A DNA stretch of 35,972 nt from Pseudothermotoga sp. (GCA_041640575.1 JBEPZZ010000009.1:1-35972), one strand, 5' to 3'; shown: positions 9,492 through 18,634, counted from the stretch's first letter. Translations and numbers: made by a program. Notes: a model not told the origin generated them from the sequence alone.

Positions 9492-10112
9492 GTGACAAAA
9501 GCGTATCTTTTGTATCTAAAAATCTTCGATTCGAAAGATTCATTCTATCCATTGAATTACGAAAAAGTGTGTGAGTTAAAACGCTCCATTCTTCTGGAAT
9601 TTCTCAAAATACAAGCCGATCAATATATCGCCGTAGAACTTTTTGGAGATCTTGCAGTTCCTTCGGATGTGCACAAGATTTTATCACTTGTGCCCGATTC
9701 TTCAAAATTTAAGATCTCACAGGTCGATAGCAATATGAGAAACATAGTTAGTGAATACTTGCTTGATGAAACGATTAATTTCTCCGAATCGTCAAATCCT
9801 GTCGAAACTAAGCAGCCAGTATTTGTCATCAACAAAGACGGTGTATTCGAAACTGTTAGGAGTTCTTTCTATGGTTGCGTACCGCTTGAACTATTAGAGC
9901 CAACTGATCTTCAACAAGGTTACACTGGCTACATAGCTAGGTTCGTGACGAAAAAAGAAGCTCAAACAGCTGCTCTATTCAAAAACGAGACTGTGTTTAT
10001 ATGCAGTGACACGTCAGATACCATGCTAAGAAAGATTGCCGAGAAGTTTGATGTGCAATCCATCTGTTGCTTTCTGATGTTGAGCTCTGTATCAAGGGGT
10101 GAAAAAATTTGA
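9492..10112 (+). CDS. Hypothetical protein; possible degenerate SbcD/YhaO-like metallophosphoesterase fold
   Basis: Fills the gap in the operon and overlaps the next start by 4 nt. Start GTG 9492 (SD AGGTGG) or 9480. Only weak remnants of the family motifs (AVELFGDL). Confidence 0.6.
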   Translation: MTKAYLLYLKIFDSKDSFYPLNYEKVCELKRSILLEFLKIQADQYIAVELFGDLAVPSDVHKILSLVPDSSKFKISQVDSNMRNIVSEYLLDETINFSESSNPVETKQPVFVINKDGVFETVRSSFYGCVPLELLEPTDLQQGYTGYIARFVTKKEAQTAALFKNETVFICSDTSDTMLRKIAEKFDVQSICCFLMLSSVSRGEKI

Positions 10113-12619
10113 AGATTAAATCAGTTAGCATTAAAGTGTTCGGAAAATTCAAGGACTTCGAATTAAACTTTAGAGATGGTCTGAATCTTATCTTGGGGCC
10201 AAACGAGTCTGGTAAGACTACTCTTTATCATTTCATAAAAGCTTCACTTGGGAGTGCAACAGCTGATCATTTAACAAAGTATAAATCTTGGTCTGGTGAG
10301 GAAATAGATGGTTTTGTTTCGTTTCAAAACGGTGAGGTCAAAAGTGTTCGAATAGATTCGACGGGCGTTCATGAAAAATTGCTTGAGGAAGATTTAATAG
10401 AAAGTTTAATCACCATGTCAGACGAGGAAGATATTTTTGATACTGTTTCTGTTGATCAAAAAATTATCGCTAGAATGAAAAGAAAAATGCAGGAAACTAG
10501 ACAAGCAGAGGAAATCTTAAAGTTGCTTGAATCGATACCGAATTTTGAAATGATGTTAATCGAAAAGCTGCAGCAGCTTGATCTAGAAATAATGGAGCTG
10601 AGGAAAAAGGTGGAGCTTTTCCAGAAAATCAGAAACGAGGTCCTTGAGCAAGAGGTATTTAAAAGGAAACTTGAGAAAAAATTGCAAACCGTAATTGAAG
10701 AGAAACATAGAATCGCCAAGAAATTAGAGGAAACCGAGAAAGAGATTTTGGCACAAGTGAATACAATGAAAAATGACCTTATTCAGAAAATAGATAATCT
10801 TAATCTCGAACTCAGGCAGCTGTCTATGCTTCCTGCAATCTCTGCAGAGCATTTTGTAAAATTGAGTCAAGCTCATCAAAAGATCAAAGGACTCGAAGAA
10901 AAAATTAGAGACCTTCATGGAAAACTCAGTGTTAATCGTAGTAGATTAGAAGAACTAAGCAGCAAAATTGATAATTTGAGAAAGGATCTTATCATCGATG
11001 AGCTAGACAAGTTTAAACTAAAGCTGAAGAATCTTGAGCTTTCCTACAAACTTGTTGAGTCTAAATTAGATCAGCTGAAGGCGCATGAAAATGCATATCA
11101 AGCCAACTGGAGAATTTTCGAGAGACGTGATTTTGAAGTGGATACTTTTCTGAATCAAGATACATTCTTGTCGATAGAAAAGCTTAAAGCCCAAATAAAC
11201 GAAAAAATGGAGAACTTGGATCGGGAACTTCTTAGAAAGGAAAAAAGCAAAGGTAGGACGCTTTTACTTATGGTTCTTTGTATCTTCACAGGTATAGCCT
11301 CACTTGTGCTTGGGTTCACGACCGCTCCATTTTGGCACTACATTTCAATTGGACTTGGTACGGTGACTGGGTTTCTTTTCTTCTCTTACAAAAAACAAGA
11401 AAAAGGATATGACGAACTCTCAGATGAAAAAATCAAGGCTCAAATTGAAATAAGAAACCTCGAAAGACAAATGAATCAAAGGAGGTTGCCATCGGGATTT
11501 GAATTTCCAAGTTACGATGAACTCAAAAGATCCTACGAACAATATCGGCGATGGCTAAAAGAAGATGAGGAAATGAAACAACTAAAATCCCAAGTTGAAG
11601 AGCAAGCTCAGCAATTGTTAGCAGAACTCAGAATATATGGAGCTAAGGCTTTATCGGACATACCAAGTGTCTTAGTTTGGTTAAATCAAAAAATTTTCGA
11701 ACTGGAGAAAGCAGAATACGAGCGATTAATGATTGAAAAAACGATCATTCAGGACTCCAAAAATGTAGAACAGCTTGAAATGGAAGTGAAGGAACTGTCG
11801 AAACAGTTTGACTCAGACTTAAGGGACCTTGGTTTACAGGATGTATCAGAACTGCCCGAAGCTCTTAAGCGCAATACAAGAATTAGCGAGCTGAAAAACA
11901 TGATTGACAGTGCTAAACGACTTCTTGAATCTTGCGAGAATTTCGAGTTAGAAAAGCTGGCGAGAAATAACACAAAAATAATGGAATTACTTCAGGAAAA
12001 GAGTAGATTAACCTCTGTCATGGAAAGTCTGAAAAAACAGGTAGATGAGCTATCGGAGCAACTTGAAGGCCAAAAGAAACTTACAGAATCAATCGAAATC
12101 CCAAAAATTACAGAATATTTGAGGGAATTGTCTTTGAAGGATTTACAGAAAAAAGTATATGAAAGATTGAGGGAAAGAATTCCCACAGTAAGAAAAATTC
12201 TAGCAGATGAATTAGAAAAATTGACAGGTAGCTACATTGATAAATTTGGGTCTATGCTGAAAGACCTTTTCACGTCTTTTTCGAACCTCGCCAGCAGTAT
12301 GACAGTTGATAAGGACCTGTCCGTGAAATTCTTTGTTGCCAACAAAGAACAAAATCTCGACGTAGTTCTGAGCAAAGGAACTTTGGATCAACTTGCACTT
12401 TGCTACAAAATTGCTTTGTACTACGTTTTGAATCCCTCAGATCCACTGCCATTGATCTTAGATAATTTCTTGATTCGTTTCGATGAAGAGAGACTATCAA
12501 AAGCCGCAAAACTATTAACAGAGGTCGCTAAGGAAAGACAGGTGATAGTTCTCACCAGTGACACAAGGCTCAAAGATCTACTTGAGGTTGAGCCGTTAAT
12601 AACACTCAGAAAATCATAA
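10109..12619 (+). CDS. YhaN/SbcC(Rad50)-like coiled-coil ABC ATPase with internal transmembrane hairpin
   Basis: FGKF..GLNLILGPNESGKTT (Walker A), long coiled coils, two central hydrophobic helices, LSKGTLDQL signature, PLILDNFLIRFDEER (Walker B variant), QVIVLT. Confidence 0.88.
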   Translation: MKIKSVSIKVFGKFKDFELNFRDGLNLILGPNESGKTTLYHFIKASLGSATADHLTKYKSWSGEEIDGFVSFQNGEVKSVRIDSTGVHEKLLEEDLIESLITMSDEEDIFDTVSVDQKIIARMKRKMQETRQAEEILKLLESIPNFEMMLIEKLQQLDLEIMELRKKVELFQKIRNEVLEQEVFKRKLEKKLQTVIEEKHRIAKKLEETEKEILAQVNTMKNDLIQKIDNLNLELRQLSMLPAISAEHFVKLSQAHQKIKGLEEKIRDLHGKLSVNRSRLEELSSKIDNLRKDLIIDELDKFKLKLKNLELSYKLVESKLDQLKAHENAYQANWRIFERRDFEVDTFLNQDTFLSIEKLKAQINEKMENLDRELLRKEKSKGRTLLLMVLCIFTGIASLVLGFTTAPFWHYISIGLGTVTGFLFFSYKKQEKGYDELSDEKIKAQIEIRNLERQMNQRRLPSGFEFPSYDELKRSYEQYRRWLKEDEEMKQLKSQVEEQAQQLLAELRIYGAKALSDIPSVLVWLNQKIFELEKAEYERLMIEKTIIQDSKNVEQLEMEVKELSKQFDSDLRDLGLQDVSELPEALKRNTRISELKNMIDSAKRLLESCENFELEKLARNNTKIMELLQEKSRLTSVMESLKKQVDELSEQLEGQKKLTESIEIPKITEYLRELSLKDLQKKVYERLRERIPTVRKILADELEKLTGSYIDKFGSMLKDLFTSFSNLASSMTVDKDLSVKFFVANKEQNLDVVLSKGTLDQLALCYKIALYYVLNPSDPLPLILDNFLIRFDEERLSKAAKLLTEVAKERQVIVLTSDTRLKDLLEVEPLITLRKS

Positions 12620-14246
12620 GCTTGTCTTTTCCTGACTTTTTTGCTACCTCCATAGCTCTAAAAGCTGCATCGCAAAGCTCTTCATAGTTTTTTCCGTGCT
12701 CTGGATACATAGCTATCCCAGCGCTTGCGGTAACATGTAAGCGCTCGGAAACTTGGATTTGTCTTATCTCATCGAGCATTCTTCCTGTTATCTCAATTGC
12801 TTTTGATTTTGAAACATTTTTGAGCAGAACTGCAAACTCTTCTCCACCAAAACGTGCGACATAATCAGATCTTCTTGTTCTACTTCTAAGTACATCAGCC
12901 ACCTTTTCTATCACCTTGTCTCCAACCTCATGTCCATACTGTAGATTGATTTTAGTCAGGTCATCTATGTCCAATATCACAACTGCAAATTCTTGCCCAG
13001 ATTTCAGTTGTTGTTCTAACAAACCAAGGAATGCGGAATGAGTGAGCAACAAAGTGTGGGGATCTCTCGAAACCCTTACAACAAGAGGTTGATAACTTTG
13101 AGACCTTTCAAGAAGCTTATAAATCTGGTCAGCTATAAGTTCGAGAATTTGAATATCTTCGATTGAAGGACGTTTCCCGTTGAAAGGTGCATCTACAGAA
13201 ATGTATCCAACTATATCACGATCTGAATTGTATATGGGTACCAAAAGCATATCTTCTGGTAACCATTGTTGCCCGTTTTCTTGTCCGGCTTCGCTCTGAT
13301 CAATAAGTACGGCTACGTACTCGGTTGGCACCTCAATTGCACCTTGCGGTATAAAGTATGAATTACTCAATTTGAATCTATCTTGAGCAAGTTTATAGAA
13401 GTTTTCAATAGGAGGTGGATAGTTTTTGAGTCGCTGAAATTCATTTGGATCTATTCCATGGTGAGCAACTCTAAGAATTTTTCCAATGTTTCTGTCAAAA
13501 ATGTTTATGAGAACGTATTTGAAACCGCTAACAACAGATATAGCCTCAGCAAGCGTATAGAGAGTTTCCTCTACCGAGGCTCGCTGGGAGATAAAAGTAG
13601 TTAATTCGATAACCGACGCAAGTTTCTTCCGTATCGCACGTATTCTTTCCGCTTCCCTTAAGTGTTTCTGTCTTTCGTCTTCATAGTCCTTCAAAAACGA
13701 ATAGATCGCGAATAATACAAAATTCAAGGTTATTGGTGGAACTGGAAGTGTGTTTGTCGATCCGAAAAAAGAAACGTTCGCAGCTAGAAGAGCTAGATAC
13801 ATCGAGACAACTAAAAAGAACAGTTTTTTGTGCACTTTAGACTTAACTAAGAAAATTACTTCCAAAATACAAAAGATAAGAACTATTGTTGCAAAACCGG
13901 TATAAATTGATTTACTTACGACAATTTTATAAATCAGCACCGCGAAACCACTGACCCAAAAGTTCCTTACTGCGGCAAAAATCCTTTCACCACGCTTCGT
14001 TTTCATCATTCGGCATACCGATGCAACGAAAATAATTGCGGGAGCTGACTGAATCCTATTAAAGAGCAAAAATGTTGAGAGTACCAAAGCCATGCTCAAA
14101 GGTTCAAACAAGCTCCGCCCTAGAGAGAAAAACAAAAAGGCGTACAAACACAGTAGAAGATCAAAATAACCTACTGTGAAAGGTCGAAGGATGATTATAA
14201 CAATTATCGCGAGCGCTAGATCAAGAATTTCCAAGTACTTCCTCAT
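12606..14246 (-). CDS. Membrane-anchored GAF + GGDEF diguanylate cyclase
   Basis: N-terminal TM bundle, GAF-like region (LLVPIYNSDRDIVGYISVD), ILDIDD..N..YGHEVGD, RRSD I-site and ARFGGEEF. Confidence 0.9.
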   Translation of the reverse strand: MRKYLEILDLALAIIVIIILRPFTVGYFDLLLCLYAFLFFSLGRSLFEPLSMALVLSTFLLFNRIQSAPAIIFVASVCRMMKTKRGERIFAAVRNFWVSGFAVLIYKIVVSKSIYTGFATIVLIFCILEVIFLVKSKVHKKLFFLVVSMYLALLAANVSFFGSTNTLPVPPITLNFVLFAIYSFLKDYEDERQKHLREAERIRAIRKKLASVIELTTFISQRASVEETLYTLAEAISVVSGFKYVLINIFDRNIGKILRVAHHGIDPNEFQRLKNYPPPIENFYKLAQDRFKLSNSYFIPQGAIEVPTEYVAVLIDQSEAGQENGQQWLPEDMLLVPIYNSDRDIVGYISVDAPFNGKRPSIEDIQILELIADQIYKLLERSQSYQPLVVRVSRDPHTLLLTHSAFLGLLEQQLKSGQEFAVVILDIDDLTKINLQYGHEVGDKVIEKVADVLRSRTRRSDYVARFGGEEFAVLLKNVSKSKAIEITGRMLDEIRQIQVSERLHVTASAGIAMYPEHGKNYEELCDAAFRAMEVAKKSGKDKLMIF

Positions 14247-15319
14247 AGCAACCCCTTCATGTTAATTGTCGAAAAGCTCAGAGGAAATTCAACCCACTTT
14301 CCTTCAAGCGCAGACTTGTAAATGCCTAACACAATCTCGACTGCCTTTCTTCCTTCATCACCATTAACCAATGGTTCTCGACCGTCGATTATTGAGTGAC
14401 AAAAATCTTTATACAGCAAAACATGCCCTTTTCCATAAACGGTATCAGGATCTGGTAAACTTGCAAAAGGATGTGTATCCTCCCCAGTGAATCTCCAGAT
14501 CTCAACACGATTCACAGCCAAACCACCTATTTTAACTGTTCCTCGCTCTCCAAAAACTGTGAGTACCTCTTCAAGATTTCTGTCAAAAACAGTCGATGTA
14601 CCCTCTATTATCCCAACAGTTCCAGAACGAAATTCAACTATTCCAACACCGAAATCCTCTACCTCTATGTAATTGTGGTTAAAGTTTTTTATCAAGGCCA
14701 CCACACGTTTTGGTTCGCCACCAAGTATCCATTGAAGCAAATCTATCCCATGGATTGATTGATTCATCAATACTCCGCCATCTTGTTCCCATGTTCCGCG
14801 CCAGTTCGCTTGCTCATAATAATCTTTAGTCCTGTTCCACCTTACGCTTATTGTGCCATAAAATATCTTTCCAAAATGTCCATTTTCTATTTTTTTCCTA
14901 AGTTCTTGAACTGGAGGATTGAACCTATTTTGAAAGCAAACACCTAATTTGACATTCTTTCTTTTAGCAATATCAACCATGGAGTTTATGTGTTCTGTAC
15001 TAAGAGCCATAGGCTTTTCAACCAAGACGTTTTTTGAATGTTCCATTGACTCGACCGATATTTCATAGTGTGATCCACTCGGTGTTGCTACTGCTACAAA
15101 ATCTATATCGTCACGGGTTAAGAGTTTTTTATAATCTTTATGAACTTCAGGTCTATATCCACAAAGCTTCTCGACTTTTTCTGCAATTGCTTGTGCACGA
15201 TCTAAAATTAAATCGCAGCAAGCAACCATTTGAACTATATCTCTGTTCTCAAAGATAGCTTCAACATGTTTTGAGGAAATCCTACCACAACCAATCAATG
15301 CCATCCTCAGTTTTGGCAA
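14243..15319 (-). CDS. Gfo/Idh/MocA NAD-dependent oxidoreductase (WlbA/WbpB-like nucleotide-sugar 3-dehydrogenase)
   Basis: ALIGCGRIS, VLVEKPMA, QNRFNP, WRGTWEQDGGVLMNQSIHGID and EVED motifs. Start probably TTG 15319 (SD GGGGGTG); the ORF track gives 15334. Confidence 0.85.
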   Translation of the reverse strand: MPKLRMALIGCGRISSKHVEAIFENRDIVQMVACCDLILDRAQAIAEKVEKLCGYRPEVHKDYKKLLTRDDIDFVAVATPSGSHYEISVESMEHSKNVLVEKPMALSTEHINSMVDIAKRKNVKLGVCFQNRFNPPVQELRKKIENGHFGKIFYGTISVRWNRTKDYYEQANWRGTWEQDGGVLMNQSIHGIDLLQWILGGEPKRVVALIKNFNHNYIEVEDFGVGIVEFRSGTVGIIEGTSTVFDRNLEEVLTVFGERGTVKIGGLAVNRVEIWRFTGEDTHPFASLPDPDTVYGKGHVLLYKDFCHSIIDGREPLVNGDEGRKAVEIVLGIYKSALEGKWVEFPLSFSTINMKGLL

Positions 15320-15338
15320 GATGAACACCCCCACTTAG

Positions 15339-16415
15339 TCACAATGTTTCCTTGATTATCCTATAAATTCTTTCTGAAGCTTTTCCGTCGCCAAAAGGAT
15401 TTGAAACATTATTCACTCTCTTATCTTGAGCGATCTTTAAAGCTTTGTATACTGACGATTCTGCAGTTCCCGCCAGCACGCCATATCCATACTGAATCAG
15501 CTCTGGCCTTTCAGTGGTTTCGCGTGCAACAACAACAAATTTACCAAAGGATGGGGCTTCTTCCTGTACACCCCCAGAATCTGTAACAACAAACCTCGCA
15601 CCATCAAGCAAAGCCAGAAAATGCTCATAATCAACAGGTTCTAAAAGGATAAAATGATCTTCGCCAGTTAATTGTTTCAAGACTATTTCCTTAACTCTTG
15701 GATTCTTATGGACCGGGAAAACAGCCTTCAAATTGCTTTCCTTAACAAATTTTCTTACTGCTTTGAGTATTGACACCATCCTTTCACCAATATTTTCGCG
15801 ACGGTGCAAAGTGATAAGAAAGTAATCATCTTGATCAACGAACTTCTTTCGAATTTTCATTAGGTCAACAGAATTCTTAATAAATTCAAGCGCATCCACA
15901 ACAGTGTTACCGACTACATGAATTCTTTTTTCGTCGACACCTTCTCTTATCAGATTTTTCCTTGCACGATGCGTTGGTGCAAACAAATAGCGAGCTATAA
16001 CATCGATCAAACGTCTGTTTAGCTCTTCTGGGAATGGATCGTAAATGTTATTCGTTCTTAAACCAGCTTCGATATGAGCAACTGGTATTGAAAGGTGAAA
16101 AGCACATAGTGCACTTGAAAACGCTGTTGTAGTATCACCTTGAACGACAACCAAGTCTGGTTTTTCCTTCTGCAATATACACTCAAGGTCTTGAACAACT
16201 CTTGAAACCAGATAATTAAGAGACTGGTTATGAATCATTATGTTCAGGTCGTAATTTGGTACAATATGGAAAAGTCGAGTCATCATATCCATCATTTCTC
16301 GATGTTGTGCAGTAGCAATTGTCAAAATGTTTTCACCCATTCTTTGAAATTGAAGGTATACAGGAGCAATCTTTATGACCTCGGGTCGTGTACCGAAGAC
16401 AAAAGCCACTTTCAC
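15339..16415 (-). CDS. wecB: UDP-N-acetylglucosamine 2-epimerase (non-hydrolysing)
   Basis: FGTRPEVIK, VQGDTTT, HIEAGLRT, PFPEELNR, GNTVVDAL, TLHRREN, TDSGGVQEEAP and NPFGDGKASERI motifs. Confidence 0.95.
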   Translation of the reverse strand: MKVAFVFGTRPEVIKIAPVYLQFQRMGENILTIATAQHREMMDMMTRLFHIVPNYDLNIMIHNQSLNYLVSRVVQDLECILQKEKPDLVVVQGDTTTAFSSALCAFHLSIPVAHIEAGLRTNNIYDPFPEELNRRLIDVIARYLFAPTHRARKNLIREGVDEKRIHVVGNTVVDALEFIKNSVDLMKIRKKFVDQDDYFLITLHRRENIGERMVSILKAVRKFVKESNLKAVFPVHKNPRVKEIVLKQLTGEDHFILLEPVDYEHFLALLDGARFVVTDSGGVQEEAPSFGKFVVVARETTERPELIQYGYGVLAGTAESSVYKALKIAQDKRVNNVSNPFGDGKASERIYRIIKETL

Positions 16416-16897
16416 TTAGCTTCCACTCTCCTTGTGTTTCCTTGCGAATCAATGACGACACGCATCATAATGTCTTGAACCTCAATTTCTCTAACGGCTT
16501 TATCCTCAAGATCAGCATACGAAATTACCCTTTGCGAAAGGACCTCAACATTTGATATTGGAGTGAACATGATTCTCGCAAACCTCTTAAAATGTTGATT
16601 GCTAACTGCTAATACGCTTGAGACTATACCAACAGCACCAAAAAGAAATATTTTTTCCAGAAATGGTTCAAAATTCTCCTCGAAAACAATTTCAAGTTTA
16701 TTCGGAGTTATGTTACCAAAGGCTACAATCTCTCCTGTTACAAAATCTGGGACTAAACCTTCTGCTTTCTCGTAGAGAACTATTCTTTCGAAGGCTTCTC
16801 GACTCACCAATATTATCCTTCCAGAGTATTTGACAACATCTTTAACTGTTAGCTTTCGTGCGACATTCAGCGACAACGGATATCTTATAACCAACAT
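16412..16897 (-). CDS. Degenerate class I fumarate hydratase/tartrate dehydratase beta-subunit-like protein
   Basis: PLS..ARKLTVKDVVKYSGRI and YADLEDKAVREIEVQD..VVIDSQGN follow the beta-subunit pattern. The RDxAH, GPTTS and IGKG motifs are missing. Confidence 0.65.
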   Translation of the reverse strand: MLVIRYPLSLNVARKLTVKDVVKYSGRIILVSREAFERIVLYEKAEGLVPDFVTGEIVAFGNITPNKLEIVFEENFEPFLEKIFLFGAVGIVSSVLAVSNQHFKRFARIMFTPISNVEVLSQRVISYADLEDKAVREIEVQDIMMRVVIDSQGNTRRVEAK

Positions 16898-16908
16898 CTA
16901 ATCTCTCC

Positions 16909-17526
16909 TCATCCAAGAATCTTTGAGACAAGCACTTCAATAAAATTTACGAAGGGATCCATAACCATTGGTATTATCCAAAGTGCAAGAAGAGCAAGCA
17001 TGAACAAGGTTCCATATACCTCATATTTCAAATACCATTCAGTGTAATTCGACGGTAGCAAAGCTCCAAGTATTCTGGAACCATCTAAAGGGGGGATTGG
17101 AAAAAGCGAGAATATTGTGTATGTAAGGCTGTATTTTGTTGCCTTTCTTAGTATCAAAAAGATAAAAACATGATCATTATAAAATCTCGCAATTAAACCG
17201 AAACAGATAAAAGAAACAATCCCAGTAATTGGTCCAAGAAGCGAAACAATTAGAAAAGATTTTCGCCCCTTTCTTAGGTTCCATGGCCTTATTGGTACGG
17301 GCCTTGACCAACCAAAATCAAAAAGTATGAAAGCAATAGTTCCAATTGGATCCAAATGTATAAACGGATTCAACGAAATACGCCCTACCTTTTTGGGTGT
17401 TGGATCACCCAAGCGGTAGGCAATATACGCCTTAATATACTCTCGAGGCGCAACAACCAGCAATACTGCAATAAAACCACTTAATAACAGCTTCAAAACC
17501 TGTTCCAAGGACTTGAACACGTACAA
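16909..17526 (-). CDS. M50 (site-2 protease) family membrane protein lacking the HExxH motif
   Basis: AYRLGDPTPK..GRISLNPFIHLDPIG, FGWSRPVP, VSLLGP and PIPPLDGSRI motifs. REYIK sits where HExxH is expected. Start TTG 17526 (SD GAGGTG) or GTG 17535. Confidence 0.85.
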   Translation of the reverse strand: MYVFKSLEQVLKLLLSGFIAVLLVVAPREYIKAYIAYRLGDPTPKKVGRISLNPFIHLDPIGTIAFILFDFGWSRPVPIRPWNLRKGRKSFLIVSLLGPITGIVSFICFGLIARFYNDHVFIFLILRKATKYSLTYTIFSLFPIPPLDGSRILGALLPSNYTEWYLKYEVYGTLFMLALLALWIIPMVMDPFVNFIEVLVSKILG

Positions 17527-17686
17527 CTGAAGCACCTCAGAGTGATTCTATCATAACACTAATGAACTAGGCACAATTGAACTGTAAAGTCTGTTAGTTT
17601 GTTGTATCATCGAAAATGGGAGAGATCAAAAACTGGTTAGTTTCGATTACAAAAAAGATTATATAAGTTTCACAAGTGGATACATC

Positions 17687-18628
17687 ATGAAAGGAAAAAA
17701 CTTTCGAGCATCGATAATAAAATACCCTAGTCGGCACCCGCATCCTCTTCCTGGTACAGAAACAACAGAACTTTACCTGTTCGAACCGAGGGAAAAAGCT
17801 GTTGGAACAGTGATTTTGCTCCACGGTTTGGGAACCATAAACATACCTTTTCTTATGTGGATGAGTGTACATATTGCAAGTGCTGGGGTCAGAGTTATGC
17901 TTCCAATTTTGCCTGGAAATTTAACTAGAACAGTACATGGTTCAACAAGTGGACGAGACTATTTTTCCACTGATACTGGAAAGATGACAACGCTCTGGGA
18001 GTCTGCTGTCATTGATGTTTTAAGTACTGTCGATTTGGCAAAGCAGCAACATTGGTGGCATGAGAATAACTGTTTGGTTGGCTATTGTCTCGGTGGAATG
18101 CTTGCCGTGATAATCAGTGCATTATGTCATGATTTCAAAAAAACCATTCTTATAACCTCCGGGGGTGATATAGCAACTTTGATGTGGTATTCGCCAACAC
18201 TCGCTTATTTTAGAAGAGATGCAAAAAGGATCCTGAACTCAGCTAATAAAATAGATGACAGAGAATCCATGATCGATGCCTATTCAAGAGACATAAACAA
18301 ATTGCCACAGTTCAAAAACGTGTCGGAACTGATAAATTCTGACGTACACCCGATTTTGAAAGTAGATCCCCTCGCATATGCAAGATTCGTAATTCCCGAC
18401 AAAGTTGTATTCATAGAAGCATTATTTGACAAAGCCCTTCCTGCAAGAACTAGGAAAATTCTTTGGGAAGCACTGGGAAAGCCTAAAAAATATCTGATCC
18501 CCTCTGGACATGTGACTTGGCTGCCATTTCAGTACTTTCTTGCAAATTTGATACTCAAGCAGATGAATATCAAAGAATTTAAGAGAAAATTGAAATTACT
18601 TGAACGACCAAAAGTCGAAGAGAAATAA
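17687..18628 (+). CDS. Alpha/beta hydrolase with Cys nucleophile (GYCLGG); true start may be CTG 17633
   Basis: VILLHGLG oxyanion motif, GYCLGG elbow, candidate Asp (ALFDKALP) and His (PSGHVT). Confidence 0.85.
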   Translation: MKGKNFRASIIKYPSRHPHPLPGTETTELYLFEPREKAVGTVILLHGLGTINIPFLMWMSVHIASAGVRVMLPILPGNLTRTVHGSTSGRDYFSTDTGKMTTLWESAVIDVLSTVDLAKQQHWWHENNCLVGYCLGGMLAVIISALCHDFKKTILITSGGDIATLMWYSPTLAYFRRDAKRILNSANKIDDRESMIDAYSRDINKLPQFKNVSELINSDVHPILKVDPLAYARFVIPDKVVFIEALFDKALPARTRKILWEALGKPKKYLIPSGHVTWLPFQYFLANLILKQMNIKEFKRKLKLLERPKVEEK

Positions 18629-18634
18629 CATTTC

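Noticed and set aside
10109..12619. Anti-phage SMC system (Wadjet/Lamassu)
   Set aside because: No jetABD or lmu effector neighbours. The central TM hairpin and the housekeeping context fit YhaN better.
17687..18628. PHA synthase (PhaC) call from GYCLGG
   Set aside because: No other recognisable PhaC motifs and no phaA/B/E/R neighbours.
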